Shown here: in pieces, positions 19,063 to 27,693 of the stretch | How the letters are laid out: every line of letters begins with the position of its first letter | Position numbering within the stretch: the stretch's first letter is position 1 | DNA from: Bacteroidota bacterium | GTDB taxonomy: Bacteria > Bacteroidota > Bacteroidia > Palsa-965 | Length of the DNA: 64,000 nt | Reading direction: 5' to 3' | Assembly: GCA_046046005.1 (NCBI GenBank) | Contig: JBJOKQ010000001.1 | Location: forward strand, 28 to 64,027 | Position numbers and translations under genes: made by a program | The notes under the pieces: model-generated | Seen by the model: only the letters and a program-made list of their open reading frames with translations | What the model was told of the DNA's origin: nothing | Database searches by the model: none

Positions 19063-21408
19063 TCAATGCATGAAGAGAATCTTCGTGATACGCGTTTCCG
19101 TTCCGTCTTCATTGGTAATGAACACCAGATATACTCCGGAAGCAGCACGTTGTCCCTGGAAATTATTTCCGTTCCAGATTGCTTGTCCGCCAAGAGCTGT
19201 TGTTTGATAAACAAGGTTGCCTGAAATATCTGTAATCTTCACATCGGCATCTCGCACCAAACCTTTAATCGCAATCGGCCCCGAATAGCCTGGCTGTACC
19301 GGATTGGGATAAGCATAAACGTCGCCCATCTCATCTTCACCTTCAACAGCATCTGAACGATACGAAACAATTCCTTTGCCCGTTGCAAAAAACACCTCAC
19401 CTGTCGAAGGATCAATTGTAACCCCGGTTACAGTATTACTCAATAAAGGAGAATTTTCTGTGGTGAAATGGAGTATTTCGTTTGTACCGTCGGCTGACAT
19501 TAAAAACACGCCACCGCTTTCCGTTCCGATCCATTTGCGATTAGCGCCATCAATTGCAATGGAAGTTACAACCTGGCTTTCCATCAGAATTTGGGTGTAT
19601 TCTCCTTGTTGAATAAGAATCTGCTGTGCATTACACCCTGCAGAAGAGAAAATGTTTTCTGCACAATAGAATACCCCGATTCCTTTATCAGTGCCGATCC
19701 AGATTTCTCCGTCGCGATCTTCTGCCATACACAAAACATCCGTTCCCGGCATTGCCCCGTTGGTGCTGGTAAATCCGAGTTTCTTCTTGCGATCATCAGA
19801 GATATCGTTAATGGTTCCGCCATCATCAAATACAATCATTCCTCCGTTTCGCGGCACAATCATCCACTTCTGACCCAACTCTGTAATCATGAGTTCACCA
19901 ACAGTTGTTCCGGTGACAATCATTCCCTGAAAATCAAATTCACTCCACGTGTTGTCTGTTTTTTTCACTTTCAGACATTTCATTGTGTGGGAGTTTACCA
20001 TCCACATATTTCCATCTTTATCATACTCTACTCCGCCTATTCCGCACCAAGGATATTCCACCTTGGACTCCAGAATGGAATTGTATTGGTTGTAAACATT
20101 CACAACAGTATTATTTCGCAACTCAACCAGTCCTTTACCCCAAGAGCTGAGCCATATGTGCGTATTGTCTTCCGGATCAATTTCACAGTAATTAATATCA
20201 TAAGTTGTGTCTAAGGCCGGAACAGAGGCGTTCTTCAGAACACTCCAGGAATTATTTTCATAAAGTGAAATTCCCGAAATATTGTAAATGTTATTCCATG
20301 CGTCATCTTTTCCTCCGGGAACAACAACCAGCTTACCATCCGAGAAATCCATATTCGCTGCATCAATACTTACCGGACCGTTCGGACGATATTGAGTCCC
20401 GAACCACGGTAGTGTCATGTCAACTAAACCTTTCTGATCATCTGCATACCAAACTTCGGTATTGGACACCGGAAACATGTCGTTCGGATACAAGAATATC
20501 TGTGGTCCCACAGCGTAATATGGGCCCGGGCAGATCATGTTTGTGTCAAACGGAATCAGTCCTCCTCCGTCCGCTATCCACATCATAGTTGATGTGCAAG
20601 CAAGTTTTTTTACTGTGTGTCCGTTTCCGAATGCCGGTACATAGTTCCATGCTGCAATATCGAAATCATAATACAACGTGGAGTCACGATTCAGGCCCAG
20701 CCCCATTTGGAATCGAGATAAATTCGCAACCAATTTATTATCGAAAAAAATCATCGTGTTGTAAATGCCGGTGGGAAGTCCGGGCATCTGAGTCCAAGCG
20801 GCATAGTTCGTCAGAAACGGATCGTTCAAGTTTGCAGTTGAAATTCCGGTTGCGGTCGAAACAAAAATTGTTGTTCCGTCAGAAGCAATTTGATAGGTTT
20901 TAAGATAGTTTCCGTTCGGACCAATGAGATAAGTGTCTTTAATTTCTTCACGATCGGTGTCGATAACAATTACTCCGAATCCTGTTGCGAGGTAAGCGAA
21001 ATTGCCAATGAAGTGAATGTCATTGATCGATTTATCTGCTACGATTTGAGAGCGTTTGATATCCGGCAGATTGATGATTTTATTTCCTTTGATCAGATCT
21101 ACATTCCCGTTCTGGTAGCCAACTACCAAAACATTATTAGCGGTGTTGTATTCAAGCGCACCAATAGAAAGATCACTCAGCCCTTCAATTTTGGTAATGG
21201 TTTCCATTGAAAAATCGCTTCTCGAGATTCTGAAAAGACTGTTATCCGTAGCCGACCACACGTGTGTTGCGCTACCGGTAACGGTTTTACATTGGAAATA
21301 CGGAAGGTGAATGGACCAACTGCCAATAGGCATAGCAACAGCAGAAACGCAAGTTGCCAATATCATTATCGCAGTAAGTAGGATATTACGAAGTAGCATG
21401 GTGAACAA
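19063..21408 (-). CDS. Secreted beta-propeller protein with a T9SS type-A C-terminal sorting domain
   Basis: Signal peptide. Repeated propeller-like segments. The C-terminus (…VYAYPNPVQPG…VKITDISGNLVYQ…ASGVYLVFITNEDGTETRITKILF) matches the Por/T9SS CTD. Confidence 0.65.
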   Translation of the reverse strand: MFTMLLRNILLTAIMILATCVSAVAMPIGSWSIHLPYFQCKTVTGSATHVWSATDNSLFRISRSDFSMETITKIEGLSDLSIGALEYNTANNVLVVGYQNGNVDLIKGNKIINLPDIKRSQIVADKSINDIHFIGNFAYLATGFGVIVIDTDREEIKDTYLIGPNGNYLKTYQIASDGTTIFVSTATGISTANLNDPFLTNYAAWTQMPGLPTGIYNTMIFFDNKLVANLSRFQMGLGLNRDSTLYYDFDIAAWNYVPAFGNGHTVKKLACTSTMMWIADGGGLIPFDTNMICPGPYYAVGPQIFLYPNDMFPVSNTEVWYADDQKGLVDMTLPWFGTQYRPNGPVSIDAANMDFSDGKLVVVPGGKDDAWNNIYNISGISLYENNSWSVLKNASVPALDTTYDINYCEIDPEDNTHIWLSSWGKGLVELRNNTVVNVYNQYNSILESKVEYPWCGIGGVEYDKDGNMWMVNSHTMKCLKVKKTDNTWSEFDFQGMIVTGTTVGELMITELGQKWMIVPRNGGMIVFDDGGTINDISDDRKKKLGFTSTNGAMPGTDVLCMAEDRDGEIWIGTDKGIGVFYCAENIFSSAGCNAQQILIQQGEYTQILMESQVVTSIAIDGANRKWIGTESGGVFLMSADGTNEILHFTTENSPLLSNTVTGVTIDPSTGEVFFATGKGIVSYRSDAVEGEDEMGDVYAYPNPVQPGYSGPIAIKGLVRDADVKITDISGNLVYQTTALGGQAIWNGNNFQGQRAASGVYLVFITNEDGTETRITKILFMH

Positions 21409-21511
21409 ATTTAACGAATCGTGCCGGTAATAAACAGAGAAAGTGGCTGTTTATTGTGTGTAAGCGTAGATTATTTCCAAGGGTTCGGACCCTCCAAGGG
21501 TCTTGTCGAGT

Positions 21512-21806
21512 GATTTTTCGCAACGCGAAAGGCGAATCCCGTACAACAAAAAACCGAACGCAGTTTGCGTTCGGCTATATTTTGTGGTCCCGGACGGGAG
21601 AGCCCGCGTTAAGAAAATGTCCGGTGGACATTTTTAGCGGGCGATGATTGCCGGAAGGCAATTGCACGTATTGCTGCGTTAAAAAATCATCCCGTGGATG
21701 ATTTTAGCGAGAGATTTTTCGCAACGCGAAAGGCGAATCCCGTTTAAAAAGTAAGCCACCTGCATTCTCATACAAGTGGCTATTATTTCTGTGGTCCCGG
21801 CGGGAT
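21512..21806. repeat. Imperfect tandem duplication (~203-bp period) downstream of tRNA-Arg. Each unit has a 31-bp box GATTTTTCGCAACGCGAAAGGCGAATCCCGT (21512-21542 and 21713-21743), a hairpin terminator, and a copy of the tRNA 3' end TGTGGTCCCGG(A/C)CGGGA (21583-21599 versus the authentic 21790-21805).
   Basis: The two 31-bp copies are identical. The flank CGGCTATATTTTGTGGTCCCGGACGGGA at 21571-21599 mirrors GGCTATTATTTCTGTGGTCCCGGCGGGA at the real tRNA 3' end. Minus-strand hairpins with T-runs sit at 21554-21574 and 21755-21780. Confidence 0.75.
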
Positions 21807-21865
21807 TCGAACCCACAACCAACAGAACCGGAATCTGTCATTCTATCCAGTTGAACTACGGAACC
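21792..21865 (-). tRNA. tRNA-Arg (anticodon CCG)
   Basis: The 74-nt cloverleaf was folded by hand: acceptor GGTTCCG/CGGGACC, anticodon stem ACAGA/TCTGT with loop TTCCGGT, T-arm GTGGG-TTCGAAT-CCCGC, discriminator A. CCA is not encoded. Confidence 0.8.
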
Positions 21866-21904
21866 TTCACGGCAAAGATACGAATCAGGATGTCATCAAT
21901 TCAT

Positions 21905-23068
21905 CTAGCTCAACGCTTGCTCCAAATCCCGAATCAACAACTGCGGATCTTCCAAACCGATATACATACGAACCATATTCCATGGCAACTGCGAACTCAA
22001 ACTGGCAGATGCGCGCAATGCACACACCGGCAATATCAACGATTCATGTCCGCCCCAACTAGTAGCCAGCAGGAAACAACGAAGTGCGTTGCAGAAATTT
22101 TCTACTTCCGAAACATCTTTCGCTTTGAGTTGTATGGTGAGCAATCCCCCGCCCTGCTTCATTTGATGGACTGCGAGATTGTATTGTGAATTCGTTTTCA
22201 GTGTTGGATAATACACCTTTTCGATCTTGGAATTTTGCTCCAACCACTCTGCAATTTGCTGAGCTGAAGTTGACGATCGGTTCACGCGCAATTCCAACGT
22301 TCGCATTCCGCGAATGATCAACCACGCATCGTGTGCACCGACGACTGCTCCAAGTGTCATGTATTCTTCCGCCATCATTTTGGAAATGCGCGCTGACGAC
22401 GAAGCAACAACTCCTGCGATTACATCCGAATGTCCGTTGAGATATTTCGTTGCCGAATGCACAACGATATCAACTCCCATTGCAGCCGGCTTCTGATTCA
22501 GTGGCGAATTATAACTGTTGTCCAGAATTGTTGTGATTCCCGCGCTCTTTGCATAATTAGTAATCGCGGTTATATTCTGCATTTCAAAAGTCATGGAATT
22601 CGGACTTTCCAGGTAAATCAGTCGCGTATTTTTCTGAACAGCCTTGAAGACCTCGTTCTCATCTGAAGCGTCAACAAATGTTGATTCAACTCCATATTTG
22701 GAGAGATATCCGGAGATCAAAGTGTTGGTCCAACTGTATGGTTTCTGCACGCAAACTACATGATCGCCGGCTTTCACTACCGACATTACTGCGGCAGCAA
22801 CGGCCGCTGATCCGCTGGCAAAAACCAATGCGTCTTCCGTTCCTTCGAGTGCTGCAATTTTCTTTCGCAAGATCGCAACAGTCGGATTATAACCGCGCGT
22901 ATAAAATGGTACCTGCAATTCCGTTTCCAACTGCTTTCGCATGGTGGCAACGTTAGGAAATGCGAAGTTGGAAGTAAGCGTCATCGGAGGATTCACAGCG
23001 TTGTAGTAATTCTCACGATCTTCTCCGAGGTGATTGAGAATCCAGGAAATGTTGTCTTCGTTTTTCAT
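21905..23068 (-). CDS. PLP-dependent Cys/Met-metabolism enzyme (cystathionine beta-lyase / gamma-synthase / methionine gamma-lyase family)
   Basis: 387 aa. Conserved lysine region …VVHSATKYLNGHSDVIAGVV… and N-terminal Gly-rich PLP-binding segment …ALVFASGSAAV…, typical of this family. Confidence 0.8.
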   Translation of the reverse strand: MKNEDNISWILNHLGEDRENYYNAVNPPMTLTSNFAFPNVATMRKQLETELQVPFYTRGYNPTVAILRKKIAALEGTEDALVFASGSAAVAAAVMSVVKAGDHVVCVQKPYSWTNTLISGYLSKYGVESTFVDASDENEVFKAVQKNTRLIYLESPNSMTFEMQNITAITNYAKSAGITTILDNSYNSPLNQKPAAMGVDIVVHSATKYLNGHSDVIAGVVASSSARISKMMAEEYMTLGAVVGAHDAWLIIRGMRTLELRVNRSSTSAQQIAEWLEQNSKIEKVYYPTLKTNSQYNLAVHQMKQGGGLLTIQLKAKDVSEVENFCNALRCFLLATSWGGHESLILPVCALRASASLSSQLPWNMVRMYIGLEDPQLLIRDLEQALS

Positions 23069-23169
23069 GGGAATAAAGAAGGGGCGGCTGTTGGGTTATT
23101 TCTGTTTTCCATGACAAAGAAAGTAACTTCAACTGTGCCGCCCCTGATTAATTCAGGAAATGCTGAATT

Positions 23170-24060
23170 CTATTTTTTACGAAGCAGGTAGATCTGGCTC
23201 GACCAAGCTTCTTTTCCTGCGCGGGAGTTTGAAATCCACCCTCTGCGGAATGCTCCGAAATAATTTACTGATCCTGTGAGATATTTTTCGCTCAGCATAG
23301 AAACGTAGTAGCTGTCGAATTTCATCGGGAGAATTTCCTTCACCTCAAATCCTCTCGGACCGAACAGTGCGCGGATATCGTCCGGACGGAAATGCCACAA
23401 GTGACGCGGCACATCGTAAGCTGCCCAATGTTTTCCGTAATGTTGCGCATCGTGTGAATTGCGATTCGGCACGGCCACGATCAAAAGTCCGTCTTGTTTC
23501 AGGATTGATTTAAGCTCCTCGATTCGGCCGTGCAGATCCGGAACGTGCTCGAGTACGTGCCACATGGAAATTACATCCATTGATCCCGGAGCAATATTCT
23601 TCAAAGCTTCTTCGGGTTGAACATCCAGCTGGTAGTTGGACTTGGCTGCAGCACGTGCGCGCTCGCCGGGTTCAATTCCGCGAACGTTCCAGCCGTCAAG
23701 TTTCATCGTGTTCAGAAATTCTCCCGTTCCACAACCAATGTCCAGCAGCGCCCCTTTTTTCTGGCGGGCGTTGATCATTTCGCATTTCTCGCGGAGCGTG
23801 CGATTGCGCACAGCCTGATACAAACGGCTCACAATTCCCTTTTTCGTGTTCGAGTGGGAAATGTATTCATCCGACTCATAAAACGCGCCCAGATCGGAAT
23901 TCTGAGGTCGTGGCGAGGTGTAAACGAATCCACAACCGGAACACTGCTGCAATTCGAAATTCTTTTTGCTGACCGTATAGTCTGTGCAGCTCAGAAATTG
24001 CGTTTTCTGATCAGAATTGCACACCGGGCAATTTTGAATTGAAATCAATTGATTTTCCAC
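23170..24060 (-). CDS. Class I SAM-dependent methyltransferase with an N-terminal CxxC…CxxC zinc ribbon
   Basis: SAM-binding motif LLDIGCGTGEF. N-terminal CPVCNS…CSGCG zinc ribbon. 296 aa. Confidence 0.75.
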   Translation of the reverse strand: MENQLISIQNCPVCNSDQKTQFLSCTDYTVSKKNFELQQCSGCGFVYTSPRPQNSDLGAFYESDEYISHSNTKKGIVSRLYQAVRNRTLREKCEMINARQKKGALLDIGCGTGEFLNTMKLDGWNVRGIEPGERARAAAKSNYQLDVQPEEALKNIAPGSMDVISMWHVLEHVPDLHGRIEELKSILKQDGLLIVAVPNRNSHDAQHYGKHWAAYDVPRHLWHFRPDDIRALFGPRGFEVKEILPMKFDSYYVSMLSEKYLTGSVNYFGAFRRGWISNSRAGKEAWSSQIYLLRKK

Positions 24061-24156
24061 AATTATTGTTTTAATGAATATGCAAGTATATTGATTTACC
24101 GCATATTAACCAAATTTTATATACATAATTTTATATGTTTTTTGTCACATTATCGA

Positions 24157-24176
24157 AATGTTCCACGTGAAACATT
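24157..24176. promoter_or_regulatory. 20-bp near-palindrome AATGTTCCACGTGAAACATT in the promoter region of the methyltransferase gene (candidate operator)
   Basis: 18 of 20 positions are dyad-symmetric around a CACGTG core. Related to the perfect palindrome at 26293-26306. Confidence 0.35.
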
Positions 24177-24303
24177 ATATGATCAGCAATACAGGTAGAA
24201 ATATTGCTTTTGCTTCTATGTAATTATCTGTATTACTGTTTATTAGTATATTTCTTATACAAAATATTTACACAAAACAACGTGTAAGCCGAAATTTTCG
24301 AGC

Positions 24304-24331
24304 ATGAAAAAAGCCGGCGTTTTTGCCGGCT
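24304..24331 (-). terminator. Rho-independent terminator after mnmG
   Basis: GCCGGC-aaaaac-GCCGGC hairpin followed by TTTTTT on the minus strand. Confidence 0.7.
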
Positions 24332-24361
24332 CGATTACTCTATAATTGTAAGGTTGGAAGC

Positions 24362-26242
24362 TTATCTTCCCAAATAAATCATGAGGACGGAAATGTCAGC
24401 TGGAGATATTCCGCTGATTCGCGAAGCCTGACCAAGACTTCTTGGTCTTTGGCGAGAGAGTTTTTCCTTGGCTTCGATTGAAAGAGATGCGAGCTTTTTA
24501 TAGTCCAGATCGTCATCCAGAAGTACATAATCCAGGCGCTGCATCTTGTCTGCAAGTTCGCTTTCACGCTGGATGTACCCTTCGTACTTCACCTGGATTT
24601 CGGCTTGCTCGATGTCCTCTTTACGGAAACTATTCAGAAAATCTGAAGTAGCCGAACTGATGTCGCGCAGATCCCAAATGGAAACACCAGGGCGCGATAA
24701 TACCGATGTCAGCTTTACCTTTTGGTTCAACGGACTTGATTCACGTGAAACAAGGAAAGCGTTCGCCTCTTCAGGACTAACTGCCTGTTCACGTAGAAAC
24801 TTGATGATCTTTTCTGATGCCGCCTTCTTTTCATTTACACGATCCATTCGTTCCTGAGAAGCCAATCCTAGCTCATAACCGCGCGGCGTTAGTCGCAAAT
24901 CAGCATTGTCCTGACGCAACAGAATCCTGTACTCTGCCCTGCTTGTAAACATGCGATACGGTTCTTCTGTTCCTTTAGTAATGAGATCATCGATCAGAAC
25001 TCCGATATAAGCATCGGATCTGGACAGAATAAATGGGGCCTTTTCACGAACAGAAAGGTGCGCATTAATTCCGGCGATCAAACCCTGACACGCCGCTTCT
25101 TCATATCCGGTAGTCCCATTAATCTGACCCGCGAAATACAGGTTCTTGATCAAATGCGTTTGTAGCGTTGAATCCAGCTGAATCGGCGGGAAGTAATCGT
25201 ACTCAATCGCATAGCCCGGACGGAACATCTTCACGTTCTCAAACCCCGGAATCAGACGAAGTGCTTTCATCTGCACATCCTCAGGCAAAGAGGTTGAGAA
25301 GCCGTTAACGTAAACTTCCACCGTATTCCATCCTTCGGGTTCTACGAAAATCTGGTGTCTGTTCCGTTCCGCAAAACGAGTGATCTTATCTTCTATAGAC
25401 GGACAATATCTTGGCCCCAAACCTTGAATTCGCCCAGCATACATTGGCGACTTTTCAAACCCGGTTCGAAGAATATCATGTACCGAATCATTCGTGTACG
25501 TAATGAAGCATGAGCGCTGCTCTTTTAACGGACTCGTGGTATCAGAATAAGAGAACTTCTCCGGATTCTCGTCACCAGGCTGCTCTTCCATCTTACTATA
25601 ATCCAGAGAGCGTCCATCAACGCGCGGCGGGGTTCCGGTCTTCATTCTTCCCGCCTCAAAACCAAGTTCAATAAGTTGCTCAGTAATTCCGGTTGCTGCC
25701 TTCTCTCCTGTTCTTCCTCCGCCAAAATTCTTCTCCCCTATATGAATCTTTCCGTTTAGAAAAGTGCCGTTAGTTAGCACGACAGCCTTAGCCCGAATAG
25801 AAACGCCCATGCTTGTTATTACGCCACGAGCATAACCGTCCCCAACAATCAGCCCCGACACCATGTCTTGCCAAAAGTCCAGATTAGGCGTTTGCTCTAA
25901 CATCAGTCGCCATTCCTCGGCAAAACGCCAACGGTCGGACTGCGCGCGCGGGCTCCACATTGCGGGACCCTTGGAGCGATTAAGCATTCTGAACTGTATC
26001 GCTGTTTTATCCGTTACAATTCCGGAGTATCCACCCAACGCGTCAACTTCACGAACAATCTGCCCTTTAGCCACCCCGCCCATAGCAGGATTGCAACTCA
26101 TCTGCGCAATCGTCTGCATGTTCATCGTTACCAAAAGTGTCTTAGAACCCAGATTGGCTGCTGCAGCTGCGGCTTCGCAACCGGCATGACCAGCTCCAAC
26201 AACTATAACATCATACTCTTCGAAAATCGCCATAGAGTGCAA
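24362..26242 (-). CDS. mnmG: tRNA uridine-5-carboxymethylaminomethyl(34) synthesis enzyme MnmG (GidA)
   Basis: 626 aa. N-terminal FAD-binding YDVIVVGAGHAGCEAA. Length and the C-terminal region are typical of GidA/MnmG. Confidence 0.9.
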   Translation of the reverse strand: MHSMAIFEEYDVIVVGAGHAGCEAAAAAANLGSKTLLVTMNMQTIAQMSCNPAMGGVAKGQIVREVDALGGYSGIVTDKTAIQFRMLNRSKGPAMWSPRAQSDRWRFAEEWRLMLEQTPNLDFWQDMVSGLIVGDGYARGVITSMGVSIRAKAVVLTNGTFLNGKIHIGEKNFGGGRTGEKAATGITEQLIELGFEAGRMKTGTPPRVDGRSLDYSKMEEQPGDENPEKFSYSDTTSPLKEQRSCFITYTNDSVHDILRTGFEKSPMYAGRIQGLGPRYCPSIEDKITRFAERNRHQIFVEPEGWNTVEVYVNGFSTSLPEDVQMKALRLIPGFENVKMFRPGYAIEYDYFPPIQLDSTLQTHLIKNLYFAGQINGTTGYEEAACQGLIAGINAHLSVREKAPFILSRSDAYIGVLIDDLITKGTEEPYRMFTSRAEYRILLRQDNADLRLTPRGYELGLASQERMDRVNEKKAASEKIIKFLREQAVSPEEANAFLVSRESSPLNQKVKLTSVLSRPGVSIWDLRDISSATSDFLNSFRKEDIEQAEIQVKYEGYIQRESELADKMQRLDYVLLDDDLDYKKLASLSIEAKEKLSRQRPRSLGQASRISGISPADISVLMIYLGR

Positions 26243-26292
26243 AGGTAATGAATGGTCATTTCGAGCCTACAAGATTAACAAGCTGCGTTGTC

Positions 26293-26306
26293 GTTCCACG
26301 TGGAAC
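26293..26306. promoter_or_regulatory. Perfect 14-bp palindrome GTTCCACGTGGAAC in the mnmG promoter region (candidate operator)
   Basis: Perfect dyad symmetry. Located between the upstream gene's terminator (26308-26337) and the mnmG start at 26242. Confidence 0.4.
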
Positions 26307-26307
26307 A

Positions 26308-26337
26308 AGAAAAAACCCCGAGCTGTTTGCCCGGGGT
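26308..26337 (-). terminator. Rho-independent terminator after the small secreted protein gene
   Basis: On the minus strand, a CCCCG…CGGGG stem followed by TTTTTTCTTG. Confidence 0.6.
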
Positions 26338-26359
26338 TCTGCTATCATACGCGCCAAGA

Positions 26360-26818
26360 TTACTTCGCTGCAGGAGCAGGAGAAGAAGGTGCTGAATAAA
26401 TCAAAATGTTATGCGTGCCTGCGCCATCACGATAATCCACTTTAAGCTCAGTGCCGGTATTAGAGAGAACTTTAAACTGCTTAACCGCACCTGCGTCAGT
26501 TGTTAATTTAATATTGGTTCCGGAGGCATCAACTGTCCATGTACCACCTTCTGCAATTCCTTCATAGATCAAACGGTAACGACCATTCTCCATAAGGTTA
26601 AGCAAGTCATTCTTTTGCGCATCAGTTGGCGTTTGGGGCAGATCATAACTTTCTGTGCCTTTCAGCTTCCATTCTTTAACGAGGGCTTTGCCCTTTTCAT
26701 TCAGAACAGGAGTTGTTTGTGCCGAACCGTTCGTAGCCGGAGTAATTGCCGTTTTGCCTTGCTGAGCAAACATTGCGAATCCACCAAGGCAGAGCAGGAG
26801 GGTGAAGAGTTTTTTCAT
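26360..26818 (-). CDS. Small secreted protein (signal peptide), lipocalin-like or unknown function
   Basis: Signal peptide MKKLFTLLLCLGGFAMFAQQ. 152 aa, beta-rich. Confidence 0.45.
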   Translation of the reverse strand: MKKLFTLLLCLGGFAMFAQQGKTAITPATNGSAQTTPVLNEKGKALVKEWKLKGTESYDLPQTPTDAQKNDLLNLMENGRYRLIYEGIAEGGTWTVDASGTNIKLTTDAGAVKQFKVLSNTGTELKVDYRDGAGTHNILIYSAPSSPAPAAK

Positions 26819-26822
26819 AGTG

Positions 26823-27260
26823 TTAGTTTGTACGTAAATCTAATGCTTTTTTTTCTTCAAGTCTCATGCGCTTTGCCTGAGCCGTAGTCTTGTCTTTGAA
26901 GCCGCAGAGATGCAACAAACCGTGTGCCATTACGCGAGAAAGTTCATCTTTGAAGTGCTCATCAAACTCTTTTGCATTTTCACGCACACGATCTATACTG
27001 ATGTAGATCTCGCCGGCAACCGCTCCCGAAGGTGCGTCCCCAGGAAAAGTGATAATGTCCGTAAGCGTATTGTGGTTCAGAAACTGCCGATTCATGGCCA
27101 ACAAACCGTCATCCGATTTGAATACGTAAACAAGAGAGTCGATGGAAAAGCTGTGAGACTTTGCAATGCGCTTAAGCCAAGCCCTGACTTTAATTTTATC
27201 GCGTAGGGTAAATTTTATTCCGTCAGAGTAGAAGTTAATCTGACTTGTAACCTTTGGCAT
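26823..27260 (-). CDS. ybeY: rRNA maturation endoribonuclease YbeY
   Basis: Conserved HGLLHLCGFKD motif (H…H…H zinc site). 145 aa. Confidence 0.85.
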   Translation of the reverse strand: MPKVTSQINFYSDGIKFTLRDKIKVRAWLKRIAKSHSFSIDSLVYVFKSDDGLLAMNRQFLNHNTLTDIITFPGDAPSGAVAGEIYISIDRVRENAKEFDEHFKDELSRVMAHGLLHLCGFKDKTTAQAKRMRLEEKKALDLRTN

Positions 27261-27263
27261 ATA

Positions 27264-27692
27264 TCAGTTTGGGATGATATTGAAATCCAAAAGTACGGTA
27301 CGGCCTTCATCGGAAAATTCGACCTTGTCGGCAAGATGCTTCATGAGAAACACGCCGCGACCACTAGGTTTTTCTATGTTCTCCGGATTGGTTGGATCGG
27401 GCAGGGCAGAAGGATCGAAACCGGTTCCTTGATCGTGAATGACGAATGAAATGTGTTTGTCAGTAGCCTTGAACTCTACATCCACCTGCTTGGTTGGATC
27501 GGCTTTGTTGCCATGGTGAATAGCGTTGTTGACGGCTTCCGTTACCGCAACCAAAATATTACCATAGTGATCTTCTGAAACCTGGTATGAAGAGCAGATA
27601 TCGTTTATCAGCTTTTCTACGATTACAACGTTTCCGGAAGAAGAGGGAATGGATATTTTCTGCTCCCGTATCATTTCTTCTGTTAGGGTCAT
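27264..27692 (-). CDS. Anti-sigma regulatory factor (RsbW/SpoIIAB-like serine kinase, HATPase_c domain)
   Basis: N-box …TEAVNNAIHHGN… and G-box …DQGTGFDP… of a GHKL ATPase in a 142-aa protein, the typical RsbW size. Confidence 0.7.
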   Translation of the reverse strand: MTLTEEMIREQKISIPSSSGNVVIVEKLINDICSSYQVSEDHYGNILVAVTEAVNNAIHHGNKADPTKQVDVEFKATDKHISFVIHDQGTGFDPSALPDPTNPENIEKPSGRGVFLMKHLADKVEFSDEGRTVLLDFNIIPN

Positions 27693-27693
27693 G

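Noticed and set aside
24061-24361. AT-rich 300-bp stretch considered as a possible horizontally acquired island border or origin-like region
   Set aside because: It contains only a terminator, the near-palindromic operator candidate and promoter-like A/T tracts. No DnaA-box clusters or repeats were recognised, and it is flanked by ordinary housekeeping genes.
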